In this document: in pieces, positions 12,767 to 26,500 of the stretch
How the letters are laid out: each line of letters begins with the position of its first letter
Position numbering within the stretch: the first letter of the stretch is position 1
NCBI RefSeq assembly: GCF_018350175.1
Contig: NC_058368.1
Coordinates: forward strand, 72,728,001 to 72,792,000
Reading direction: 5' to 3'
DNA from: Felis catus
Taxonomy: Eukaryota
DNA length: 64,000 bases
The notes under the pieces: model-generated
Told to the model about the DNA's origin: nothing
Seen by the model: only the letters and a program-made list of their open reading frames with translations
The model's database searches: none
Made by a program: the position numbers and the translations under genes

Positions 12767-15700
12767 TAAATTTGCTTTTGTGTGGTTATTGTAACAATAC
12801 TTTGTCTTGTAGCCAGTACTGCTGCTGAAGGAACACCACCTTCATGGGCCTTTGGTTTATAAAACACTTGCAGTGGACAGTATCTTAGGGGTTATCTACT
12901 ACTGCAGTGAACCCCCCAACTTTAAGAGGCACTGAGACCCATCTTTGTCTGCAGTAAAAGAAAGCAGGATCAGAAAGTGCTGCCTCACACCCAAGGCTAG
13001 TGGTCTGAAGATACAAGTAGGAAATGTCAACTCTCATTTACTGCCTGTGCCAAGATGCTCTTTATAACTTTATACAGCCTGCCATATACCTGTTGACAGA
13101 TGCTGCCATTAATTAACTTAGAGTGGGTATTGGTTGGGAAATTGAGCTTCTCAAACTTCCTATAATGGTTTTGGATATTTAGTAAGTTCTCCCTTCACTT
13201 TAAGATAAAAAAAAGGAAGACGAGGAGAGATTCTACTCAGTAACAATGGCGGCAGTCACAAAGACTCAAATACATTTGCATTTTTAATCTTGCCTTTTGG
13301 CACAATTCACATTTGTGTCATTGAGACCCTCTTCTGGAAAAAGAAAAAACATATAATTTCTAATGTAACCTAAGACAACAAAGTAAAAGAGATGACAAAA
13401 CATTTTTTTCCCATTTAAGGGCCTCATAAAGAATATTCATTTATCCACCATATAACTTTTTTCCAAATCACTAAATCTGAGACTTTTAAAATGAATTATA
13501 TTTTAAAATACACTTTTGATATTTCGACGTTAGAGACTCAGTTAATATTAATATCCATCTCTGGATTTCCTTAGATTAAGGTCTATGCATACTTCCTTTT
13601 GTCAGAGATTTGATGTGGGTATACACTTCAGAGATTTTACACACCATTAATCTTCTAATGACTGCTTTTGAAGGATAATTTTATTTTTTCCAGTGTATAT
13701 TAAGTCATATTTTTAAAGAAGCCATTGGATTTTCAATGATTTTTGAGGTCGGATAATTTCTTTCCTTTCCAATGCCTTGAATCCTTTATAAATACAAAGT
13801 GAAGGTCATCAATTTCAGTACATAATTCCATCAGGTGAAGGGCTTCATACACTTCTCTACTTCCCCCTTTATTTTCTCCCCCTGTTTATTCATTCAAAGT
13901 TGGTTTTTCATAGTACAAATGCTTGTTCTTATCCTGGATATGAATATCATGCATTCTTTCACATTAGGCAAAGAACCATTCAAATATATGAAACCTTTTA
14001 AAGGCAGATGAAAAATAATTATGCTCATTTGAAGGGGCACTGAGGTACAAACACAGTTGTCCAAGAGAAGTAACTTCAGCAAATTAAAATGTAGAAGGTA
14101 AGAATGCATCAATATGCAAAGAAGCAACTTTCTATACTTTGTATTGGGAATTAGAAAGGGCAACATCTGATGTTTGATAGTCAAAAGGCCAAAAAGTAAA
14201 GGGAGGGATTTGTGAGAATTATCTAAGGTGCCTAGGCATATTTTACACCACAAATTCTCCAGTGATTCTCAAATATTAAGTACTTTCAGTGGTAGAGAAA
14301 AGTAAGTAATCATGTTTACTGGTGAGTCTGTGGGATATCATCTCAAATAGCACCTCATTAGTAGGAGTTCCTTTAGAATCTTGATTCTACCCAAATTCGT
14401 TAAAATTTGAATTTTGAAATTTTTATTCTAAATTTTAATTTGATATAAAATATTTTAAAATACTTACCACAGCTAAAATTGATATTGCACAAAGATATAC
14501 TTATGGTTTCTCATACCCCCATATACTGCTCTGTTTCCAAGGGTATCCATACACATTTGCAAAGGATGCTTGCCTCCAGAAAACACTTGTCTGCTATTGA
14601 GACAGAAAAATAATGTCCTCTGAACATTTTTATCATTTTGAGTTCATGTCACCAGGTCAGTCTCATCTACATATTTTGCCTTCTATTTTCTAAATCAATC
14701 CTCCCTCCACACCCAATGCAAAATTTAAACCTATCACTCACACTAAGGTGTTGAATCTTTTCTTTTCATACTTACCTACATTGTAGAGTTCCCTTTTCAT
14801 TTTCAATGTCCTATGCATTTCGCCTCTGCTTATCTAGCATCACTCTCCAGGCATTACATCATTCCTTAAATCTGTACAGACCCTATTCACAAACTTTGGG
14901 TTCTGTCAGATTTTTCTCATAATGTGACTCCACCATGGAGAAAAATAGGTTAGCTGAGAGGCAACAAAAAATTCCAACAAGAAGATACTAATGCCTCACC
15001 AGAGAGACATATGAATGCAAAAGAAATCCACAATGAAGTAGAGAAAGGGATGAGAAATGAAGTCAGATCTTTTAACACAGCTTGAGGAAAGTTATTTTTT
15101 TTCATGTGTGTATGTGGGTGCACACAGGCAGACATATGTGTGTATCTCTGAATGTTTTATCCAAAATGGTACGTTGTTGTGCCATATTCATAGCACATCA
15201 ACACTATGAATTAGGAGAATCCTTTCTCATATGGCTCTGGCCATGACGAACCATGAGACCATAATAGGAGAATTCATATGCTGAGGTATTTGTGGTTTAG
15301 CTATAAAATAAGATGACTGAACTGGATGACTTTTAAAATTTCTTCTAGGCATGACAGAAAAATACACTAAAGCACAAATAAAGATAAGAAATAATGAAGT
15401 AAATAACCAAAAAACTTTCTTTACCTTTTCCTCCCACTCTAGATGTTCAAACTGACTTCTTTTGATATTCCTAAGAATAAAATTAGAAACATGGTATGCT
15501 GGGAGATGTGTTGTTATGTGTGTAGAAGAGAAGGGCTCTAATCAAATAGATATGCTGAATGTTTTTACCCAGGTCTAGGGTTTGCTCCTCATTGTGTGCA
15601 TGGAGTGTGGTAATTTACAAAGCACTGTCATATGCATTATCTCATTTGAGGCCAGCAAAATAGACATAGTGACATTAATTTATATGACCAATAAGGACTA

Positions 15701-16360
15701 AAGATTAGAATGACCAAGTCATTGATTCAGAAGTACACAACTCTAAGCCAAAGGAGCTCTGCAAGACTAAGGCAGTTTGGATGGGGCCTCTGTTAATGCT
15801 GGCATCAAAATGTGCCATAGAATTCATTAGGAGTACTCTGATTTCTTGTCAAGACTATCCTAGCCTCTCCAGAGTATTTGTTAATAAGAATAAACCTGTT
15901 GCAGAGTATTTATAGCAGCATGGAGCATGGGCTTCTCCATTTCATCTTTCTCATAGACTTTTAGAGCTAAGCCAAAAATAGGACACATACAAATCTTTAT
16001 TACTCTTTGTGAGGTAAACCTTCGTGTTTTTAATATTGTAGCAGGTGTTTTGATAATCTACAATTTGTTGCTGTTAGCAACTGTCAGGGAATGAATATGG
16101 AGAATGAAAGAATAACCCAATTTTTACAATAGAATACAAAAGGCTTAAAATAATCCCAGCTGGCAGTATTAGCAGTATAATACCATGGCACATATAATAT
16201 ACAAAGATGTATATCTAGAAACAACTATTGACAAAAATATCCATCTTTGTCCCAGATTTTATTAGAAATTGGAACTTAAAATGAGTTTTAGTCAGTAATG
16301 TTTCAAAAAATCAAATCAGATCAAATCAAATCAAAACTGGTCAAGAATTTTCTCTTAACA

Positions 16361-16582
16361 GGGGTACCGGGGTGGTTCCAGGGGCACCTGAGTTAAGCAT
16401 CTGGCTCTTGATTTGGTCCCAGGTCATGATCTCAGGGTTCATGAAATCAAGCCCTGCATCGGGCTCCATGTGTTGACAATGCAGAGCCTGCTTGGGATTC
16501 TCTCTCTCCTTCTCTCTCTGCCCCTCCACTGCTCCTGTTGCCTTCTCTCTCATAATAAATACATAAAATTTAAAAATTAAAA
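16361..16582 (+). mobile_element. Can-SINE (SINEC) with an irregular, apparently doubled 5' end
   Basis: GGGGTACCGGGGTGGTTCCAGGGGCACCTGAGTTAAGC, SINE body, CT tract, A-rich tail; partial TSD AAGAATTTT. Confidence 0.9.
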
Positions 16583-17231
16583 GAATTTTTTTCAAATAAT
16601 TTCTTCCAAAAGACAAAAAAGTTGGGAAAAAATGGTTGGAACTGATGATTTGACCATACTTACAAATCATAAAAGTTCTCTCAAATTTGGTCAAGATACT
16701 GATTTCTTTTTCTATATTCAGGATATGTTGATTTAAAAAGAATATAATATTTTCTAATTGCCAGTTTCTCTGAGAGCTAGGATTTAAAATTTGGAAAGCA
16801 ATTTCACTGCTAGTTATGACCAACTAACCAGTATAAAATCAACTCTCTTACCAAATATGAAAGCTAGGTACTTTAAAAAAGAAAAGAAATGAATTTGATT
16901 AAAAGTACTATAAAGCTTCCTACACAATTAGGACTTGAGGGGTCAACATCTCAAAGAAAAGGAAAACACATGGAGGTGAGCACATTATTATATATCATTC
17001 ATCCTCTTAAGAATTTGCTGTTTCAGAAGTAGAGAAAGGCAAAAGGCTGAAAATCAGAGCAAAGCTTTTGGCAGTCCACAATGCTGAAGACAAAAATTGG
17101 AGACAAAATTGGAGATTAAATTGGAACTCTAGTGTGCCAATGAGTAGTGCCCTTGGTAAACATCCAGGATTTCAATTGGAACCCCTAGAAAGCTATCCCT
17201 TAGCCAAAAAGCAAGCTAGAAATAGACACGC

Positions 17232-17233
<2 letters not shown>

Positions 17234-17271
<38 letters not shown>

Positions 17272-17343
17272 ATACAGGAAAAACAACTTCAAATATATTT
17301 CATGCTAGGATAAATTGGGATTTTCTGTCTCTACTGTAATTAC

Positions 17344-17380
<37 letters not shown>
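17234..17380. repeat. Two (CA)n microsatellites (17234-17269, 17346-17380)
   Basis: Read directly. Confidence 0.95.
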
Positions 17381-17382
<2 letters not shown>

Positions 17383-18697
17383 TCTCCTCTCCAAGGAAGA
17401 TACAATCATAGACAATCTCTATGGATTTCTACCTAAAATGTTCAATACTCAAAAGTTGCCAAAATTTTTTACATGCCAAAATTACAAAAAGAAATACAAA
17501 AAGATCCAAGAGAAAAACAGAAAATAGAAACAGATGCTTAAGTCATCCAGATAGACATTAAAAAGCATTAATATGTTTAAGAAAATAGAAGACATGATGG
17601 AGATCTAAACAGGGAACTAAAATAATCAAATGTAACTTTCAAGATTAAAAAAATATATAATAAAAAGGAAAAAAATCAGCAGATGAGTTAACAGCAAAAG
17701 GAGAGAGGACTAAATAACTGGAAAATATCTCATTTGAAAATATCTAGACTAAAGCACAAATACATAAAATCTAGAAAATAGAGTAAGAATATGGGAGACA
17801 TAATGAAAATTACTGACATAAATGTAATTGAAGTCCCAGAAAGACAAATGATAATGGTGAGGAAATATTTGAAATATGTTAATATAATAAAAAGATTCTG
17901 AAGCTGCCATAAAATCCCACATCCCAGACTCAGAACATGCTGCAAACCTCTTGAAAGATAAATACAAACAAAGCAACACCTTGGCAAATCATGATAAAAT
18001 TACTGACATAAAAAACAAGAGAAAAATCTTAGAAGCAGCCAGAGGGAAATGAGTACATATGCCTTTCAAATGAGAAATGATAAGATTACCATGGAATTTT
18101 CAATAGGAAATAATGGAAGCCAAGAGACAATAGAATGATGGGGGGGGGGGAACCCTCCAATCTAGAATTCCACACCCAGTAAGTATGCCACTCAAAGACG
18201 AACTACGAAATGTTCACTCAAAAAAACTGACAGAATTCATAAATAGTGGACTGCACTAAAATAACCATTATAATAATAAAAGAGATGTTTAGGTTGCAAA
18301 GAAAAGTGTTTCCCAGGTAGAACCCTAAAAAGGTAGAAAAGAATAAAGAGCAAGGACCAATACTTTAATACATATTGAGTCTATTACCTAATAGAAATAA
18401 TTTTATTATGTTTTATATACACATGGAAATAAAAGCATGACAATAAGAAATAAATAAACATCAAAAACTAGAGAGACTAAGTGATAAACCATTGTATTAA
18501 ATGTGGTAGGTATTCAAATGCGTATCATACTCTATTAAGTCAACATTAAATGTGGTAATATCCAAGGTAATCACTAAAATATATTGTAATGGATTTATAA
18601 GCCTCAGACTAATAATGGTGAAAAATTCAACAATAAATAATATTCCTGACATATTAAAAGAATGTAAGAAAATGAAGAAACAGGTAAATAGAATAGA

Positions 18698-19400
18698 CTG
18701 GATGCTAGAGAAGATGTGGAGAAACGGGAACCTTCTTGCACTGTTGGTGTGAATGCAAACTGGTGCAGCTGCTCTGGAAAACAGTGTGAAGGTTCCTCAA
18801 AAAGTTAAAAATAGACCTACCCTATGACCCAGCATAGCACTGCTAGGAATTTACCCAAGGGATAGAGGAGTGCGGATGCATAGGGGCACTTGTACCCCAA
18901 TGTTTACAGCAGCACTTTCAACAATAGCCAAATTATGGAAAGAGCCTAAATGTCCATCGACTGATGAATGGATAAAGAAATTGTGGTTTATATACACAAT
19001 GGAATACTATGTGGCAATGAGAAAGAATGAAATATGGCCTTTTGTAGCAACGTGGATGGAACTGGAGAGTGTTATGCTAAGTGAAATAAGTCATACAGAG
19101 AAAGACAGATACCAGATACCATATGTTTTCACTCTTATGTGGATCCTGAGAAACTTAACAGAAGACCATGGGGGAGGGGAAGGAAAAGAAAATGTTAGAG
19201 AGGGAGGGAGGCAAACCACAAGAGATTCTTAAAAACTGAGAACTGAGGGTTGATGGGTGGTGGGAGGGAGGAGAAAGTGGGTGATGGGCATTGAGGAGGG
19301 CACCTGTTGGGAAGAGCACTGGGTGTTGTATGGAAACCAATTTGACAATAAATTTCATATTAAAAAAATTAAAATAAAAAAATAAAAATAAAAAAATAAA
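18698..19400 (+). mobile_element. 5'-truncated L1_Fc-like 3' end (~0.7 kb) nested in an older L1
   Basis: Highly similar to 46730-47400; A-rich tail; TSD AAATAGAATAGA at 18686-18697 and 19401-19412. Confidence 0.93.
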
Positions 19401-20365
19401 AAATAGAATAGATCAAATAGAAAACAAATGGTAAAACTGGTATACCATTAATTTCATTAAATGTAAATAGACTGGATATTCTAATTAAAAGGCAGAGATT
19501 GTCAGAGTGTAACTAAAGCAAAAATTAAATCAAAATAAAAATAAAGTCATGCTTACAAGATGCTCACCTTAATTATAAGGCTATAGACAAGTTAAAGGTA
19601 TGAAAAATAGCCCCTACACAAACACTAAACTAGATAAAGCTGATGTAGTTATACTAATAGCAAACGAAGTAAATATTAGAGCAAAAAGCAAGATGTTATG
19701 ATAAAAGGGAATGTCCACCAGTGAGATATAATCATTTCCTATTAGCCTATAAAGAAGGCAAAAACTGACATATCTAAAGTAGATACAGAAAAATTCATAT
19801 TCATAATGGGAGATTTTTAACATAGCTGTCTCAGTAACTGACAAAAGTGGAGACATACATGAAAATCAATTTTTAAAAGAAAATTTGAACTACACTGTTA
19901 ACAAATTTAATATAGTTGGGTGTGCATAAATTGTTTCATCTGGCTACTGAAAAAAATTTATTTTCAATCTTCATATGTCATTTGTTCTCAGATTATGGTG
20001 GGTTTAGCCTACAGATCTAGTAATTTATTTTTATGAAAAAAGATAACTAGACAATTCCTAAATATTTGAAAATTAAGTAAGAGCTTCTAAATAATCATGA
20101 GTAAAAGAATAAGTCACAATGGGGATTAGAAAATATTTATCAAATGCAAATTAAAACATAACACAACACAACTCATGCAATGCAGCTAAAGGGAAATGCT
20201 TGGGGTGTCATGATTACAGATAAATTTACAGCATAAAATCAAATGTATGCTTAATGGTCTACAATTAATAAGCTTGCAATTTGTACACTCAAGAAGTTAA
20301 AACAAACCAGCAAATTTAATCTAAATAAAATAGAATGAAATAATAGTTAAGAACAGAATTAATAA

Positions 20366-20971
20366 TGTGGTGTATCACATTGATTGATTTGTGAATATTG
20401 AACCAGTTCTGCAGCCCAGGAATGAACTCCACTTGAACATGGTGAATAATTCTTTTAATGTACTGTTCAATTCGATTTTCTAGCATCTTGTTGAGAATTC
20501 TTGCATGCAAATTCAGGGATACTGGCCTGTAATTCTCCTTTTTAGTGGCTTCTTGGATAGAGAAGATGTGAAATACTCAGTGATGAAAAAGAATGAAATC
20601 TTGCCATTTACAACAATGTGAATGGAACTAGAGGGTATTATGCTAAGTGAAATAAGTCAGAGAAAGACAGATTTCATACGATTTCACTCATGTGGAATTT
20701 GAGAAACTCAACAGATGAACATAGGGAAGGGAAGGAAAAATAAGCTAAAACCAGAGAGGGAGGCAAACCATAAGAGACTCTTAAATACAGAGAACAAACT
20801 GAGGTTTTCTAGGCGGCGGGGACAGGGGGTTAAAAGGGGATGGCCATCAAGGATGGCATTTTCAGGATGAGCACTGGGTGTTTTATGTAAGTGATGAATC
20901 ACTGGGTTCTACTCCTGAAGCCAAGACTATACTGTATGTTAACTAACTTGAATTTAAATTTAAAAAAAAAG
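20366..20971 (+). mobile_element. 5'-inverted carnivore L1 (antisense ORF2 piece ~20366-20550 joined to sense 3' end ~20553-20970)
   Basis: Minus-strand translation [29 protein letters not shown] is ORF2 RT; followed by sense ORF2 end, 3' UTR and A tail; TSD GAA(C/T)AGAATTAATAA at 20351-20365 and 20972-20986. Confidence 0.85.
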
Positions 20972-22430
20972 GAATAGAATTAATAAAACACAAAAACAGA
21001 AAATAGAAAAAAAACTGAGCCAAAAGCGGCTTCTTAAAGAAAGGTGAATAAAATTTAATACATGTTAACAAAACTGTTCGAGAAAAAAAGGAAAAAGGAA
21101 AAAATTATCAATATCAGGAAAAAGGGAGGATATCACTATAGATGTGATGAAAAATTCCCAGAGATAACAGTCATGAATCTCCAAACACTGTTAAGTTAAA
21201 GAAGCCGGACTCAAAAAGCACATGCTAAATGGTATCATATATGAAGTTCTGAAACGAACAAAACTAATATATTGTGTTAGTAGTCAAAATAGCAGCCACC
21301 TGTAAGGTTCATTGTTTGGAAAGCCCTGGGAGTAGGATTTCCGGGGTACTGTTCTGCTCCTGTTCCAGGTAGTCTCTATGTCAGTGTATTCTGCTTGTGA
21401 AAATTCATTAAGTTGTATGTGATGTGTGCACTTTTCAATGTGTGTGTTATAGTTCAATGAAGTACCTATTTTAAAATAGAGATTGTGTTGTGAACTTAAT
21501 AAAACTAATATAAAGTTTATGAAATAGACACATGTCATCTTCAAGATATGGGTCACTGATAAACCTGCTGAGTGTTCGTGCCAGGAATGTTTTACTCCTT
21601 CAGCTGTAGCGTTGCATGAGAAACACTAGATGATTTTCTGATCAACAGAAAAACAGTGTCTTAAAAAAGGAAAGCTAGGGACGGACAAAAAGAATGATAA
21701 CATTTCCCAAAAGCTGGGGAAGAACACTTAATCTGTTAGATTGTCTCCTGGATTTTACAGTCTTGCAAATTTTATGAACAATAAACATGAACAAAGTCCT
21801 TTTAAAAAAAAATGGAGTGAAACTGTTTGTAATTAAATTGAAGCATGTATAGGAAAGAGGACGTGGGACCAGATAAACTAGAACTGTAATTCTTAGCATC
21901 TCCCTCCCACTTCCCAGGGTGACTTCCAACCCTGATTGGAAAGAATGTTCTCAAAACTTGCAGCTTGTTCCCTACCTGGAAAGAGTGTTCTCTACACATT
22001 TTTCCTATTCATTATCAAGAAGACTTCAAGGAAGATGGTAGTTGTATCATAAAGGAACAGCCCTCATGCTAGATATCCAAAAATATAGGGTTGTAATCTT
22101 ATTACATACCCTGATCATACAGACTATAAGACCCAGGAAAAATTACTAATATCTGTAAGTTTCCATTCTTTTATTTATAAAATAGGCATAATGTTGCCTA
22201 TGTTAAAGAGTTTTTGTGAAGCTCAATGTGGATGACGACGGTCAAGTTTGATGAGCTAAGAAATGTGTTGCCTTATATTTACTCGCAACAGTAGGAATAT
22301 CTCAGGTTTATCAGTTTAGCAACCCCTTTAGATTATTCAAGGTAACAGATACTTAAACAGAAGCAGATACATACAACCACTTTGCCAGGGGAATACCTAC
22401 AAAGTCTCAGCATTAAGACTTCTGCTTGTT

Positions 22431-22670
22431 GGGCACCTGCATGGCTCAGTCAGTTTAAGTGTCCGGCTTTGGCTCAGGTCATGATCTCATGGTTCATGGG
22501 TTCAAGCTCCACATCGGGCTCTGTGCTGACAGCTCAGAGCCTGGAGTCTGCTTCAGATTCTGTGTCTCCCTCTCCCTCTGCCCCATCCCCTACTTGCACT
22601 CTGTCTCGCTCTGTCTCTTTCTCTCTCACTCACTCTCTCAAAAATAAAACATTAAAAAAAAAAAAATAAA
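22431..22670 (+). mobile_element. Can-SINE (SINEC_Fc-like)
   Basis: Typical body, CT tract and A tail; no TSD seen. Confidence 0.92.
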
Positions 22671-23504
22671 CCCAACATACAAGTATCAAAAATTCCTTTT
22701 TGTGTTATATAGTTTCTCAACTGCAGTTTGAAATCCCATATCAGGATACGCAGTATATGGTTCATCCACATTTTCCCTCATGAAACAAGATGCTTGCCGC
22801 CAATATTGATATCACAGCCATGAAACCAGAATGTTTAATCAAATCACTTGTGTGTAATGCACTCTTTAAATGGAATCACCTTGGATACAGTACCAATAAC
22901 CACAGAATAACCAACTCCCTGAAGCATAAAGGAATCCTCTTGGCTTATAATTATTTTCTTCACTAGGAAAATTACTATTTGCTGAGATTTTAACAAACGA
23001 ATGTTTTTCCTGTTCCAAACTTTGTCATAGTTTTTGAGGCTCTGAAGTTTCATTAGCTCGTCACTAATTAGAAGCACCTCAGCCTGGCCTACTTTCAAAA
23101 CCAGCACTTTTGATACAAATCCGATTGCTTTATTCCTATGTTTGATAAATTCAACTTCTTAAAATTGAGAACCTCATTTCTTTGGTGCTTTTCTTTCTCT
23201 TCCAAAGCGAACTTGCTGTTGCTGTCAATTCTAATTGGTTAATATCCAATGGTTTTATTTTTCTTGTCCATCCAATGCTGCCACCTAGATTACTTCCTAT
23301 TTTTTTTTGTTTGATTTCCTTTCCTTTATTGCTCTCTTTAAATACATGCTGGTTGCTATTTAAGGGCATGAGATGCTGTTCTTTAAGAATATGTTCAATA
23401 TTACTTAACAGAACTTAAAATGGAAGATTGAAATTCCTATGCACACCTTAACATTTGTTCGTGTCGCAGATCATGCTTGTGGAGATGATTGTGGCAGGTA
23501 TATA

Positions 23505-23506
<2 letters not shown>

Positions 23507-23543
<37 letters not shown>
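23507..23543. repeat. (TG)n microsatellite
   Basis: Read directly. Confidence 0.95.
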
Positions 23544-23544
<1 letters not shown>

Positions 23545-26500
23545 CATTTTGTTATACCTTTCTTTCTAGACTTGTCACTGTTTCTATATTTCCTCATTGA
23601 AGCTTTAATTCCTTTCAAATGGGTTTTAGCTTACTTGTTAGTACGACTGGGTCTTATGTGTTAAACCTGTAAAAAAAAAAAAAAAATTCTGTGCAGATGT
23701 CAACTCCAGAAAAGTTAATGAGGTTTGTTAAGATAAAGCAAATCAAGTTATCTGAAAGAACTGAGTTCTAGATGTACTGGGAGGCATTAAACTGACATTT
23801 ACTAGAGACCTGAGCAGTCTTCTTTTTTTTTTTTATTTCCTGTCTTAGTATCCACACCAGTGCATCTAGGAGAATAGTAGCTTTTATCTGCCAAAGGACA
23901 GAGTGAAATAATTACAGGAGTGGGGGATGGGAAGCTGAGCCACCAATTTTTAAAAATATATATATTTGGAATTAAACATGCTTAGTTCTTTGTTTTTATG
24001 CTTCAGGTTGTGTCTGTATCACACAGCATTTTTCACGCTAATTTTCTTATTTACACACATGTACAACATACTTTTTCACTTGCAAACACACACACACAGT
24101 GAGAGAGGATTCTTAAATTCAATTGTTTCAAACTTAACAACAGACAAGATTGTTGGATTGTAAATCTTAAGAGGCAGAATAAATATAGTATACAGAAATA
24201 ATTAGCCAACTGTTTTCAGGCTGTAATTAGTAAACAGCCAAAAGGAAGCATGGAACCAAAGTAAATCAGAAGGCACAGGGCTGAGGAAGAACTGAGGAGA
24301 TGGGATTCTGGGGCAGGGGAATCGGGCAACAGACACTGAGAACAGACCATTGAGAGGATTGGCTCTGTTCCATAGATGGCGTTTTAATGTAAGCACAAAC
24401 CCGTGCAAAGGAACCTGTCTCTGCCTTGATTTTTTAAGGCTCAGCCCATGTGGGCTTCTAAACAAGTGAGAAAAAGAATTTAAAGCTAAATGATATCTCC
24501 CAAATCATCTTGTCTGAGCTGCTGGTTGCATAGAAGTCCCTGTACATTCACAGACTCCTCTGAGTTGCTCAGCCAGTAGAAGGCAGAGGGAGGCCTTCTG
24601 TCTGGTGCCAGAGTCCACCCTCTTCCCATTAAGACCAGGGCATCACAGAGCCACTGTGCGTAGGGAGGGCTGGGCTGTACAGGGATCGTGGGAAATAATA
24701 GTGGCTAGAGGCAGTGCAGGTGAGATTGGGGTGTATTTCGTTGCATTCACTTTTTAAGAAAAAAATCAACGAGCCTACCTCAGAAGACATGACAGGCATC
24801 GTGTAGGGGGAGAAAACGAGGAAGAACAAACAGGATGAAGCCAGACAAGAACGATAACATTTCAGTTCATGTTAAACAACTGTGATGTCACAAAGTGCTG
24901 TGTTTCCTTTTTCAAAAAGTGAACAAATTGGAATATTTATGCTCTAAACTAATGAATGTAGGGAGATGGTGCTAAAGTAATCTCTTGCTACTGTCATGGG
25001 GCAAAAGAAAAACCCACACAGATATGAAAATTTTACCTTTAGGCTGATTTAGTGGCATAGACCTTGCAAAAAAGTGCTTAATATTGTACCATGAGTCTGT
25101 TTCACTTGACCACACAACAATAAAGCATCCGGAAAGTAAAATGAAAACAGTCATGGGAGCATTTGGATACCAGGGACATTTCTAATGATTAAAAATTGTG
25201 TTAGCTCAGCAGCAGTAGCAGAGGAAGAGGAAAACTTTGCTTATTAATTCCATATTCTCGAAACTTCAGCAGCTTTTATTACTTTCACAATTTTCCAAAA
25301 TGCAAAGGCCTGGGGATGAAGAATATCAAAATTGACAAACATAAAATATTCCAAACCTTACAGGAAAACTTCAGCATTGCCACGCAGTCTGTGGTGGCTC
25401 ACTCCAAAAAGAAAATCTAAGAGACTACAGACTACAGAATGAATGTGTCTGAGCTCTGCTGTTCTCTACAATGTGTTGACCTGGTGTCCCAAGCATCATA
25501 TGGAAATGAAAAGTAGAGGCAGAGCAAAAGACACACTTCTGTGGGAGGTGGTTATCATGGGTGTGACAACACTGGCCCTGGCAGCCACTGGAGCACCCAT
25601 GTTCCCCCATCTGGAACCTGTAAGCACGAACAGAGGAAAACCTTGTGGTTGACATTCTAGACCATCCGGGGGATAAATCTAGGAAGACACTGGGATATAA
25701 TGCTGAAAACTATTATCATCTCAGATCCGCTGGGTCAATTCTAAAAATATACACCCTATATCAGTTAGACCTGAACTGCATTCAAATACTACTTCTGCCA
25801 AATACAAGTCTCTGGAAAAATTACTTCATTTCCTCTCATCCATGAACATGAAAATAATACCACCTATTTCCTATCACTGGGAGAAGTAAGAGATGTGGGA
25901 TATAATGCTTCTAATCCTAGCAGATGCAGGAAAGATGTTTGATTACTTTCCCTGCTTTTTCCTTTAATTGGTCAGGCATGAAGCCAAGACAAATACTTCT
26001 GTCTTGTGTAGACTTGCCCAATTTCCTCATCCCTCCATTCAAGGCAGAACCCGGCCCCGGAGAGAAGGGAAACGGAAGATGCCATCTTCTCCGCACCAAG
26101 GCTGGCCTCAGCATGAAATTCTCTTCATGAAAACAGCTTCCATGTCATTTGCTGGCATAAGGATGAGGTAATTATTGAACAATGTAAGCCACAGAAATGA
26201 TTAAGGTGCTTGTGGCATTTACTTATGCAGAGAGATTAATAGAGTTAAACAATTGTAAGTTGGCCAAATGGTAAGGAGGATAAAAAGCCATGAACAAATA
26301 TTTAAAGGGCATAATGTAGTTAGGGCTAGGCAGAAATTATTTACATAAATTTAAAGAGATAAAATGAGGCATGTGAAGGAATAAAAAGACATCAAGCGAT
26401 GAAATTCTGACTTTTTTAAAGATGTTTTCAAAAAGGAGAAAATCATTGGATTCTGAAGAAAATGAACAATTGCCCATCAGACATTCAAGAGTTTCCTGAG

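Larger units (their letters stand above)
17390..21475 (+). mobile_element. Ancient L1M remnant(s): ORF1-like, endonuclease-like and 3'-end segments, interrupted by two younger L1s
   Basis: A-rich plus strand with decayed L1 motifs (GTAATTGAAGTCCCAGAA, AAAATCTTAGAAGCAGCCAGAG, CATTAAATGTAAATAGACT, GGGAGATTTTAACA) and an L1MC/ME-like 3' end at ~21150-21475. Confidence 0.75.

Noticed and set aside
13730..14253. Protein-like minus-strand translations, including a 119-aa ORF
   Set aside because: No family resemblance or exon signals; length is compatible with chance.
22690..23420. Adjacent minus-strand ORFs (87 and 72 aa) suggesting a processed pseudogene or transposase relic
   Set aside because: No recognisable motif, poly-A tail or TSD; only a tblastx/HMM hit would support it.
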